From contig JAUPSS010000012.1 of NCBI GenBank assembly GCA_040285825.1, positions 124,001 through 188,000 of the forward strand: a DNA stretch of 64,000 nucleotides, given 5' to 3'. The notes under the pieces are model-generated. The model saw nothing but the letters and a program-made list of their open reading frames with translations, was not told the origin of the DNA and searched no databases. The DNA comes from Eukaryota sp. TZLM1-RC (taxonomy: Eukaryota; Protista; Metamonada: BaSk clade). Each line of letters begins with the position of its first letter. Positions within the stretch are counted from its first letter, which is position 1. The position numbers were made by a program, and so were the translations under genes. This document shows, one piece after another, positions 1 through 10,606 of the stretch.

Positions 1-730
1 CTGAATCAATAAGACTCTTCCTCACCGAAGAAATGACATCTCCAGGATCAGAGCGACGTATTTTAAGCACACGTTCAATGACAGAAAGCTCAGGAGCAGT
101 AGTGTCAAGACCAGTGAATGCTGACCAATCATTGGCGACAAGACCTGCACCAATGACATCAGAACCCATATTGACTGTACCTGCCATGAGGGGAACCTGT
201 ATGAGTGTTGAGAGTTCATTGAGCTCTTGAACAGAGACCATTGGATGAACAATACCTCCTTGGTTTGTGAAAACACAATATGAACCAACGAGAGCTTGTC
301 CTCCAACGGACTGTCTAAAGACTTCCACTCCGAGGACGTCTTGTATGATTTCTTCTGTCTCACGGTCAATATCGGCATGGACTAGGGCGACATGGTCGTT
401 ACAAGCTATAATGTTACCTAGAGCGGAGAGACGCTCTTCAACACGTTGTACAACAATAGGGTCTGGCAAAGAGTTTCTGAGGTCCCGTAGTTCTTGGTCA
501 GTGGTAGTGCTCGGCACAATAAGACCATTCTTATTACCAACAGTTAGTCTTCCAATAATTCTGGTGCCACCAATAGTAGTGTGAATGACAGGTATGTCGT
601 CAGATAGTTCAGACTCAAAAACAGAGTAGAAGTTTTCGCAATCAGTGACACCGACAAGACAATACTTGTTAGTAAGTCTGGAGAAGACGCCTACTTCATT
701 GCTATTTTCAAATTGAAGACGGGATGCCAT
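1..730 (-). CDS. eIF6: Eukaryotic translation initiation factor 6 (3' end runs off the window)
   Basis: ATG at 730; manual translation [26 protein letters not shown]...[21 protein letters not shown]...[20 protein letters not shown] matches eIF6/Tif6. Absent from the ORF track because no stop lies inside the window. Confidence 0.95.
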   Translation of the reverse strand, partial: MASRLQFENSNEVGVFSRLTNKYCLVGVTDCENFYSVFESELSDDIPVIHTTIGGTRIIGRLTVGNKNGLIVPSTTTDQELRDLRNSLPDPIVVQRVEERLSALGNIIACNDHVALVHADIDRETEEIIQDVLGVEVFRQSVGGQALVGSYCVFTNQGGIVHPMVSVQELNELSTLIQVPLMAGTVNMGSDVIGAGLVANDWSAFTGLDTTAPELSVIERVLKIRRSDPGDVISSVRKSLIDS

Positions 731-961
731 TGTTGTATTGAGAGAAGTAAAAAAAATTGAGAAAATTTCTCTAGACATTACTCACAGATCAAATAACCCA
801 TCATTTATCCAATTAATTCAGTGGTGACATTTGCATTGTTGTAAGGTGATTTCTGATCTTGCACAGTGGTCAATTTTGTAAAAGTAGAGCATGATCTTTG
901 GTAGCAACAAATAAAATTTAATGGCTTCTACATAACTTTTTTTTGACCTGACACAATTTTA

Positions 962-1510
962 TTCATTTAATAAGAAAAATGAAAACAAGAAATACACAAC
1001 TAAAACTCCACATCCTCAAAACCAACATCCCCTACATCAAAACAATTAATTGCCAAAGATTCAGAAAATTTCCCAAAAGAAGAGAGTGAATCAGAAATTA
1101 GTTTTACCTTTCCCTTAAAAATGGAACATACAACCCTGTTTTGCCAGTAAACACGATTGAAAATTCTTCCAGTTCTTTCCTTTACAAGTACAACAAAATC
1201 CTCAAGGAAAGCCTCAAGGAAAGATCCCAGCAAAGAAAAAACAAAGGGACATAAATTATATTGGGCATGAGAATTTTCATTAACTGAGGAAATGGGTTTC
1301 GCATATTTTGCAATTTTATATTTTTCGCCAGCAAAAAGAGGATTATTTACATCTGAGTTAATGAAATGTTAGTTAGAAGAATTACAAGGGTCAATAGACA
1401 TGGCGTCCAAAATAGTAAAACTACCATTCAAACCGGGAACAACTAGATCACCTCTTGTCAGACCCATAGAAGCTCTGTTGTAACGCGTACTATCAATATT
1501 GGGATAAAGC
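962..1510 (-). mobile_element. 3' fragment of RLE-type (CRE-like) non-LTR retrotransposon, family B
   Basis: Near-identical to the C-terminal part of ORF 37250-38434 (RGDLVVPGLNG...ERTGRIFNRVYWQNR...FEDVEF); contains a stop and a deletion. Confidence 0.85.
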
Positions 1511-1564
1511 AGGATTTTGCTTAAAAGTTCTGGAACTAGGTGGCTATTGTTGTTTTTCCTTTTT

Positions 1565-1890
1565 CTTTTAATAAAAATTGATTAATATGAATATTCAAAA
1601 ATAATCTCATTTTTGTTATAAACGCTTCCTTATTAGCACACAGTCGAAATCTTCGTGGTACAATGGTTACAAACAGTGAAGAATCTGATGACTGATTTTC
1701 ACAAACACCCTTTTCCAATAATAATGAGTGGAGATCTTGATTTTAAACAGCCAGGCTATATATATATATATATTATAAAGATGATTTTCATACATTCCAG
1801 CCAATCGCTGCTGTAATGATCGAAGAGTGTATTTCAAATTTTAATAATTCTATTCAGGAATAATACCATTGAATGATTTGGGAAAGCATC
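1565..1890 (-). mobile_element. Internal fragment of CRE-like non-LTR retrotransposon, family A
   Basis: EKGVCENQSSDSSLFVTIVPRRF matches family A copies; (TA)n expansion near 1757-1772. Confidence 0.8.
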
Positions 1891-2239
1891 AGTGGTGAAA
1901 CAAAAAATTTCCTTCTGACCCTTTGGTCCACTGTAATTACACAAGACAAATCGCAAATGATTAATGAAGAAATATCATCATTCTGGATTCAACCAAGATC
2001 AATCAGATTGAAAATCAAAAAAAATATGAACCGATATAATGAACTTAAAATTGGACATCAAGACATTTACTTTTCTATAGTTTGGTAAAATCAATTTCAT
2101 GAAATGGAGATTGCTTCTGTTAAACAACAACAATTGTTTAAAATTTGTTCAAAGCTGGTCAAAAATGTTATATGTATGAAATTCAAGCAAAAAGATTATA
2201 AAATTTACATAATAAAAGGCTAAAGAGACAAAAAACAAA

Positions 2240-2830
2240 TTATAAATAAGAAATGCCTTCAGTGAAAAAATATCCACGAGGATGATTACAAGCAGGACAA
2301 ATTTCAGGAGCCTCCTCAGCATAATGAATGTGACCACAGTTGGAGCAAACCCAATATAAAGGAGTAGGGGAGGTATATAACTCGTTGGACTGCAACTTTT
2401 TGAGGAAGTAAGTGAATCTCTTTCCGTGGTATTCCTCAGCCTTCGCGATGGCTTCGAAAAGGGCAGCGATTTCAGGGAATCCTTCAGATCGAGCAGTAGC
2501 AGCTGCGTCAATATAAGCAACGCTATACTCATGTGTTTCCCCCTCAATAGCATCCTTCAGATTAGTGATAGTATCAGCTACGCGTGCTTTTCCAGGAACA
2601 GAGGCAGGGAAAGTGTTCGTGATGGTTACTTCACCTCCTTGTAAAGCACCATAGAATTGATTGGCATGTTGCCTTTCCATTCCGGCAGTTTCAGCGAAAA
2701 GCTTTCCAATGAACTGATGACCCTCCTTGGAGGCGGCTTTGCCAAACAGTTCGTATCTATGGGCAGCTACCGATTCATTAACGAAACTAGTAATGAGATT
2801 CTTTTCAGTTTGGGTTCCAGTGAGTGACAT
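2240..2830 (-). CDS. rbr: Rubrerythrin
   Basis: Likely ATG at 2830 (MSLTGTQTEKNL); di-iron ExxH motifs (ERQH, EEYH) and C-terminal rubredoxin-like CSNC...CPAC. Confidence 0.93.
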   Translation of the reverse strand: MSLTGTQTEKNLITSFVNESVAAHRYELFGKAASKEGHQFIGKLFAETAGMERQHANQFYGALQGGEVTITNTFPASVPGKARVADTITNLKDAIEGETHEYSVAYIDAAATARSEGFPEIAALFEAIAKAEEYHGKRFTYFLKKLQSNELYTSPTPLYWVCSNCGHIHYAEEAPEICPACNHPRGYFFTEGISYL

Positions 2831-4095
2831 GTTGTTTAAATGATGATTAAAGGTTTCCGTAATCGCAAATAACAAAACGACAGCTCATCGGTGATGAGTC
2901 ATCACATTTTTCAATTAAATAATAAACCATTTGTCCCATTAAAAATCAATGTGAAATACTGAACTTGCAACACCTTGAAATACACCGCCCAGGGTGTATC
3001 TCTATCATTCTATCCCATCAAACAACTATATACGGGATTCTCTAGCAGAAAGACGCAATACGAGCAATTGAGAGCCTGAAATGCCAATTCTTTACATGGT
3101 TTTCATTTAAGACATGGCAAAGAGTAACTTTTTCATCAACGAAATACAACTATTGACAACTATTCCTCTGACTGAAACTTCAAAAGGAAATAATTGGACG
3201 AAAAAAATCCAAATTTGAAAATAACAATTGAAGACTCTAATATTTCCAAGTGTCAATTGGAAATTACAATTACAATATATTTTTGAATTTGTTCAATTTT
3301 TCAAAGAAAAATCTGTGTATTTTCCAGTGTATTTTGTTTTTTTAAGTACGTCTACTATCTCAATGTTGTTCCGTCAATGAAGTCAACACACAAATCAGGA
3401 CTCTCTTCCTTCTTGCTTCATCCATATTTTTTGAGATAAGATTCCGATCAGTTCTTAACTCAGTCGTATCCAAAGGAAAATTTACATAATGATTTTTGTG
3501 ATAAGGTAAATCGCAGTAAAAACCATATAATCTAGGAAAGGCAGCAAGAATTCTTTCCATTTTTCTGTAATTTGTTTGTTTTAACCGCTATACGTTCAAC
3601 TCCTCCTACATAGGTTTGGCTCTGCAATCAACAAACGCACTAAATGGAAAGCATGTTGGTGTCCATTGTCCTCTTTCTAATGAGTTGAAATCTGGGAAGA
3701 AGTATTTTTTGGCGAATACTTTAGCCCCAAACTCTAGAATAGAAGTATTCAAAAATATGGGAAATTGATACAGCTAACTTCACTCAACTTAAAATCACAA
3801 AACCCATATCAATTCCTTGGTCTGAAAGGGGTCTTCTCAAAACAGTGTTCGGTGGTGCGATGGTGCGCTCAGTGCAAAACACATTTTATTAGTACGTGTC
3901 CAATAATCGACATTTATAATTCAAGATATAATGTTGAATCAGCAAATCTAAATCTGTGAAACAATTATTACAAACTGAATTGTGGACACAAAAACTTTTG
4001 TACTTGGTTATCAATTAAATTAATCTCATTCAAGAAGTCAGTGGACAATTCGTTCAAATCTTGGTCAAGTGCGTACTTGAACCGCTGGTGAACCG

Positions 4096-6025
4096 ATCCG
4101 TTAGGAATTCTTTTGTTTTGTTTGGCCATTCATCGTATTTTACTGCAAATTCAGGAGATGTTCCCTTCACTAAAAATGATTACATATATGGATGATGTTG
4201 TGCTTATTGGTGATTTAAATATTGTGAAACAAGCAACTGTATGTTTTAAAGAATTATTTACCAAAATTGGTCTTCGGCTTAATTTATTTAAATGTGTTTT
4301 GTTATCGAATTCTCCAGTTTCCACAATAGTTGATGGTATTGAAATTCAAGCCAAATTATATTCAATTGATGCTATTCGTCATTTGTGTTCGTTTCTAGGA
4401 AATAATGATGAAATTACCAAAAAATTGTTCGAAAAGTTGAAGTCAATTTCTGACAAAATTGACCGAATGATGAATTTAGATATAAAATAACACATCAAAT
4501 TTACCATTATAAGACTGTGTTTTAGTTCCAATTTTAATCATATATTTCGATCTACAAATCCTCTCGTCACTAGACCTTTGGCTCAAAAGTTTAATGAGTT
4601 ACGTGCAAAAGTTCTGTCTCAATTACTGGGATGTAAAATGTTTCAAATTCCAGATCATGCTTACCTTAGTCCACATTATGGTGGTTTAGGGTGGACGAAG
4701 GCTTCTATTCTTACCTCATGTGCTTTTGTTGGTGGATGCAGAAATGCAATCTTTGAGTTTTCCGAAAGATTTGCAGATTGGGAAGATTTATTGATGACAA
4801 CGCAAATTTCCACTGTTTTTGCATTAAATGAAGAAATTTCAAAAATTGATGTAGAAAAATGGGGTCGATGTTTTCCCCAATCATTCAATGGCAATATTCC
4901 AAATATATAAAAAAAATAAAAATATATAATATATATAATATAATATAAGAATAATAATATATATAATATAATATATATAAAAATATAAAAATATAATATA
5001 TAAAATAAAAAAACAATATATAAAATATATATATTATATATTTATATATTTATATATAAAATATAAAAATGTTTTAAATTTGAAGTACACTCTTCGAACA
5101 TTACAGAAACGATTGACTGGAATGTATGAAAAAGATCTTTATAATAATATATGCAGCTCGGCTGTTTTAAATCAAGATCTTCACTCATGGTTATTGGAAA
5201 AGGGTGCTTGTGAAAACAAGTCGTAAGATTCTTCACTTTTTGTAACTATTGTACCACGAAGATTTGGATTGTGCGCCACTAATGAAGCATTTGTAACAAA
5301 AATGAGATTATATTTGAACATCCCCATTAATCAATTATTATCAAAAGAAAAATGTATTTGTTCGAATTGACCTCAACTCACTTTGCGCCATGCTCTGAAT
5401 TGCTCTAATTTGATAACTTATCGTTCTTCATTACATGATGCTGTTAGAGACACTGTTTTCAATATGGCACAAATTGCAAGGATATCGTGTATCAAAGAGC
5501 CCCTGCTGAAGGAAACACTTTCTCTGAATTATTTTGGTTGATGATAGAGGTGATGTATACTGTGATTGGATTGATAATTCTGAAGCTATTGTTGACTTTG
5601 TCTCATGTAATGTTGCAAATGATACTTTGGTTCACAGAAGAAAACTTAATCCTGTGGCTGCTCTAGATTTTAAAGCAAAAGAGAAACATAGAAAATATGA
5701 TAAAGATATTGAAGAGGCTAATGTCGATAGAAATACACAGCTGGTTTTTATTGCTTTCCAATGTTCGATAAATGGAAGATTATCAGTTGAAGCAGAAACT
5801 CTTTTGAATGACTTCCAAAAAATGGTGCAAGAAAAGACAATGAAAAGATTTGATGTTTTTTTATGGCGTTCACGGCTTCAATTTGCCATTATTAATAGAT
5901 TACCACGGTTTTTCAATCGAATAAGAGAAGATTTTGTAGAGGAAATCTTGGTTCAATGATAGTCGTCCCATTAATTATGACTTTATTTTGTTGAGTGTGC
6001 AGGTTCAATAAATATATTATTTGTT
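4096..6025 (+). mobile_element. 5'-truncated, degenerate CRE-like retrotransposon, family A
   Basis: RT motif YMDD, GGLG, RGDVYCDW and KAKEKHRKY nuclease motifs across broken ORFs 4113-5959; ends in AATAAATAT. Confidence 0.9.
4902..5063. repeat. A/T-only low-complexity insertion inside the retroelement
   Basis: About 160 nt with a single G, where other family A copies read ATTCCAGAAAAAAATGTTTT without interruption. Confidence 0.85.
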
Positions 6026-6104
6026 AATAAATATAATGATTCAACTTCACATTCCAGAATTCTCAACGGGTTACTACTATTTGACTTTAGTGTGCTGCTA
6101 GCCG

Positions 6105-7436
6105 ATGTCACTCATCCCATATTCATCTGATGAGGAAGACACTGCCATCGTCAAGTCTTCTGACACATCCACCCCTTTCGATCACATTCCTGTTAAAGCT
6201 TTGCTCAACATTGCAGGCACTGTATCAAAGCATACACTTTCAGAAAAATCTTTCAAACGCCTCTACTATGAGGAACTAAAACAACAACGATTAGCCAAAT
6301 CCAATCCCCCGGACACCACTATATCTGCTCCCTACACCACCACACTCTCCTCATCTACTGCCCCTCCGCTCAAACAATCCAGGACAGGACCTTCTGAAGT
6401 TCGCTGTGTTTTTCATGGAGAATCACTTACCGATTTCTTGGGTCGTTCTTGGCTCTCCACCTCTATACCCCAACCTCCTACTTCACTAGTGACACCCTCT
6501 AATTTAAAACAAAGTCTTGTACTTGATGAAAAACCCTCTTTCGTCTCTTGGATTCCTAACACTATGTTGGTTCTCGTTTGTTTTTCCTATCATTTGGAGG
6601 TATATGACGTCAGGAATAGGTCAAAAATGGTCAAAATGATGACGTGCTACTTTCCTTTTATGATTGCTCATGTTTTGTGTTTTGGAAACTTTCTTGTTGC
6701 CGCATCGTTGGACTCAATCATTTTGATTGATTTGGCAGTTGCTGAAATAATTAATCAAAAACAATTTGATGGTTTGATCTCTTCTGTTGGACACTCAAAT
6801 ATTGATCCTGTAAGTTTGTATGTAGCTTTGGGAGAAGAGCTCAATGAATACCAAATACCAAATTTTCAACTTGTCACCACTTTGATTGAGGATCATGGCA
6901 AACCACTTCAAAATATTCGCCACTTGCCACCAAATTTAGCATCCTGTGAATCAAGGAGAGAATTCTTACTTACATTCTCAAATAATGGAATCCTGGTAAT
7001 TAGAACTAGAAATGATTTAAATAATTGGACTTTTTTCAAAACAATAAATACTTCGTCTCTGAGCAAAAGATCAATATCAGCAACGAGTCTTTTGATTTCT
7101 CCCGACTTTTCCCAGTTTTTCTTGACAATTCCTGAAATGGGGGTCGAGAAGAGCTCAAATTATGAAATTTTTGCGTATAATGTTTCAAAATTGACTGAAA
7201 AGAGAGACAAATATCGACAATCAAAAATTAAATCAACAGGATTGATTACACCTTCTCATTCAAGCGATGTTTTGTATTCTGCTCTGGATAATCAACTACT
7301 GGTGATAAGCACCATTAAGTTTAAGCCAATCAGACTGCTTAAGAGCATAGGGAAGGTCGTGGGGGTCGAATCACATCATCAGTTGCCTTTTTTGGCTGTG
7401 ATTAGTCAATCAGAATTAGGTATTTATGGACCTTGA
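6105..7436 (+). CDS. Divergent Prp17/CDC40-like second-step splicing factor (WD40-like)
   Basis: N-terminal MSLIPYSSDEED and CVFHGESLTDFLGRSWL resemble the Prp17/CDC40 FHG...DYQGR motif; followed by a beta-rich, degenerate WD40-like region. Confidence 0.6.
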   Translation: MSLIPYSSDEEDTAIVKSSDTSTPFDHIPVKALLNIAGTVSKHTLSEKSFKRLYYEELKQQRLAKSNPPDTTISAPYTTTLSSSTAPPLKQSRTGPSEVRCVFHGESLTDFLGRSWLSTSIPQPPTSLVTPSNLKQSLVLDEKPSFVSWIPNTMLVLVCFSYHLEVYDVRNRSKMVKMMTCYFPFMIAHVLCFGNFLVAASLDSIILIDLAVAEIINQKQFDGLISSVGHSNIDPVSLYVALGEELNEYQIPNFQLVTTLIEDHGKPLQNIRHLPPNLASCESRREFLLTFSNNGILVIRTRNDLNNWTFFKTINTSSLSKRSISATSLLISPDFSQFFLTIPEMGVEKSSNYEIFAYNVSKLTEKRDKYRQSKIKSTGLITPSHSSDVLYSALDNQLLVISTIKFKPIRLLKSIGKVVGVESHHQLPFLAVISQSELGIYGP

Positions 7437-7915
7437 TTATTTTGCAAATTTTGAACAACAGTAAATTCAAAATTAACGAAAATGAATATCTGCCCAAGTT
7501 TTTTGGTTGGAGGGTTTTTTAACGACTTTTAATTAAGATTTAATTTTGACCTTTAACATTGACTTTTTTCCTTCAGTTGTGATGACTAAATAAACCCATT
7601 TTCTGATTTCAATAAAAATATTTGATTCAAAAACCGAAAAAGTTTATCCTAATTCAAATTAACGCTTTGATAATTTGAATAATGGGTTTTAGAAAATATT
7701 GGTCTTGATGTCCTTGTCTCTTATTCCGTTACAATTTTGAAGATTTGACTTGTTACTTAAATTAGCCAGACTTAATCTGAATTAAGAATGTTAAGATGAT
7801 TACAAATGGACAAATAAATAAAAAAATTTGATTTAAATTAAAACTAAAGACTAATTACATGTGAAGTTCCCTACTCAACTCTCACTCTCTTATTGTCAGG
7901 TTCACCTTCACTCTG

Positions 7916-7979
7916 AGGGTTGGGGTTAGGGTTGGGGTTAGGGTTAGGGTTGGGGTTAGGGGTTAGGGTTAGGGTTGGG
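7916..7979 (+). repeat. Interstitial telomere-like (TTAGGG/TTGGGG)n array
   Basis: About 10 units of TTAGGG/TTGGGG visible directly. Confidence 0.9.
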
Positions 7980-9053
7980 AATTAATTCGTTTGGTACCTC
8001 TCTACTTTTATAACCGCACAAAAAGAAACCATCACCACCACCATTGCCGGGTTTGAAATTCATATCAGGCCGAGATATGCCGGGTAAAAAGACCATTGGA
8101 GTCACATTCAGTTCCTTGATAGAAAGCGATAGGGCCAGATTATACTTTTTAAATAACAACCGTAACTTGGTCAGACCGTCAATTGAGATAGACCAAAAAA
8201 CAAAGGGACTTCCAATTACCAAATGCTTCCATAATGCCAACACCAAGACCATTTCCGTAGGCGAAACAACGGCCGTGAACGAGGTTGCATTGATTGGATC
8301 CATGGAAGCAAGGGTTGCAACAGTAAAGGCCAAGGAAGGAGAGGGGTTACCAAGAAGAGAAGAGAGATGGTGACGGCAAGCAAAAGAGCTATGTGCAAAG
8401 TACACCGATCGATCGGAGCTTCGTGAGACAATTGAACCATATAAGAGTCCATCAGTTGAGTCAAAAACCAGAGCAGGGGATGTTGAATGACCAGAGTTGG
8501 AAAGGGAAAGTATATAAGAAATAGCATCAGGTGTCAAAAAACATATGCGGTCAGGTGACTTCTTGAGAAAAGAGAGACAAAGCACGTCATAGGTGACGTG
8601 ATCAATCCTGTATATTCTGCAATGTTTTCTCTTCTTTCTGGCAATGTATTTTTGCTGTGCAAAAACTGTTTTATTGGTGAAGGTTTTGCTATTCTCCACC
8701 AAGGACTGTATGATTCTGTCAGAAGGCGTGTCTGAGTCTTTGAGTTTAGCAATATCAGTTTCATTGAGGGCCTGTGCAGTTTGGTCATCATTGATGTTGA
8801 CATTTGTTTTGTCAGAGTCGAATTCAACCGATAAAGGCCATTCTGGAAGTGTAGGAGGTGGAACACGTTCAAACTTATCTTTGACTACAAGGACAAAAGA
8901 ACCAAAGGGTAGCTCTAACAGAGAAGATAACAGGGGTCTTTCTGATTTACTGATTTTGATGCGATTGTCTAAACTAATGGGATCTGTTATAAAGTAGTGG
9001 TCATCCAACCAAAGAGCTACTCGCTGGCCCTTAGATACAGTTTTTGGGAACAT
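7956..9053 (-). CDS. TRM6: tRNA m1A58 methyltransferase non-catalytic subunit Trm6/Gcd10
   Basis: DDQTAQALNETDIAKLK...IIQSLVENSKTFTNKTVFAQQKYIARKKRKH is the Gcd10 signature; start inferred at MFPKTV (9053), although the ORF is open further upstream. Confidence 0.85.
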   Translation of the reverse strand: MFPKTVSKGQRVALWLDDHYFITDPISLDNRIKISKSERPLLSSLLELPFGSFVLVVKDKFERVPPPTLPEWPLSVEFDSDKTNVNINDDQTAQALNETDIAKLKDSDTPSDRIIQSLVENSKTFTNKTVFAQQKYIARKKRKHCRIYRIDHVTYDVLCLSFLKKSPDRICFLTPDAISYILSLSNSGHSTSPALVFDSTDGLLYGSIVSRSSDRSVYFAHSSFACRHHLSSLLGNPSPSLAFTVATLASMDPINATSFTAVVSPTEMVLVLALWKHLVIGSPFVFWSISIDGLTKLRLLFKKYNLALSLSIKELNVTPMVFLPGISRPDMNFKPGNGGGDGFFLCGYKSREVPNELIPNPNPNP

Positions 9054-10606
9054 AAGATACTGTGATTTGCAACTCTGGTACTTAATTTCAAATTCGCAAC
9101 ACCCACCAGTTAACAACCACCTCATCTCACGCCTCCCCGTCAATGTCATATACCTTCGATTTTCTTCTATCCCATGACAATCTTCCTTCTGAAAATAAGC
9201 GCCTGTGTTGTAAATCACAGTAATAGTGCAATTAAGAATTTCCAACACTTCAACTACACTAAACACCTTGGAAATACGTTGATCAAAAGAGCTACTACTG
9301 TCTCCTTAGAGGTCATACACGCCTTGGCCGTTGGAATGGTTCTGGTCTAGCACCAGTGAAATGTCCACTGATTGCAATCTTCAGTTGATTTGTGGAGGCT
9401 GAGATGTCCCTAGACCAGTTGGTCTGACATCGAGAGCAATCGTACTTAGCGTTATTTACCCTTCCGTCATCATGATAGATCTTTCTATGAAAGACCTTAC
9501 ATCAATTCACTTTTGCTGAGGTCATAAACTCGTCCCCCACTATGAGGCTTACAAAGTGTTTTTGGATTTGTTTGAGCAATCTCTTTCTGGGGATTTCAAA
9601 GCTTGACGAGATGGACCACCGCCGCCATTACCGAATTAAACTATAGTGTTTTTCCTTCAGACAAGCCTTTTTGTTAATAAAACTAGTTATTTTCTTTTGC
9701 CTTCGTATGAAGAAATCAAACATGAAATTGATACGAAATTTTTTGATTGTATATTGATTTTCTATCGACTTTGACATAGAATAGAGTTCATCCCTAACTA
9801 CATCATAAACTTTTGGTCAAAAAATCAAACAGTTTTTTGAAAATGGATGGAATCAATTTCCCTTACATCAATAAAAGAACTTTGTTCCCAATTTAATCTA
9901 GGTTCCAGTGTTTTTTCTTTGCTCGGTTTTTTAGGTAAGTCTGCGGTGAAATTTTTAAAATTAAATTTTCTAAATTATTACTTTCAGGTGATGTAAAACT
10001 CAATTTATTGTTCGAAACAATCAAATATTATTTACTTCTTCACTAATGATTTGCTTGTTTCAATTCCTTGTAATGCTTCAATAATTTGTGCCTCACAATT
10101 TAAGTTTTCAATGGATTCATTCAATTTTATTCTGAAATTGTTGGATTATTTTTACTAACTGATACAGGTAAAGTAATGTTTTATCTTAAATAACTGAGAT
10201 TCAGTGAATTTCACTTAAGTTACTGATAGGACATAAAAATGGTTACAGTTCATCACTTGAATACGCATTATTGCTTGGAGTACATCTTGACTTAGAGTGT
10301 AGGAGAACAATTATTTTATGTGACAAAAATACAATACTGCCTATCAAACCTTCTTTTGATAATATTTATTTATTAAAAAACTTGGAAATTAACATCTAAA
10401 TAATCCATCTCTCCCAAAACACAACAATCAGATGAACTCTCTTATAGTGAGACCCAAGAGAATGCAGATTTTTTTCTTTTTTGCTGACAATACAAAAAGC
10501 GTTCCAAAAAAATCTTGTAATATTTTTTATTTTTTATTTTTATTTTTAATTTTTAATAATTTTTATGTACAATTTAATTCCTGAAAAGAACCCTTTTCCA
10601 AAAATT

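Noticed and set aside
22-584. Listed ORFs 22-378, 33-230 and 267-584, and similar short overlapping ORFs elsewhere
   Set aside because: Shadow frames of real genes or of repeated retroelement copies.
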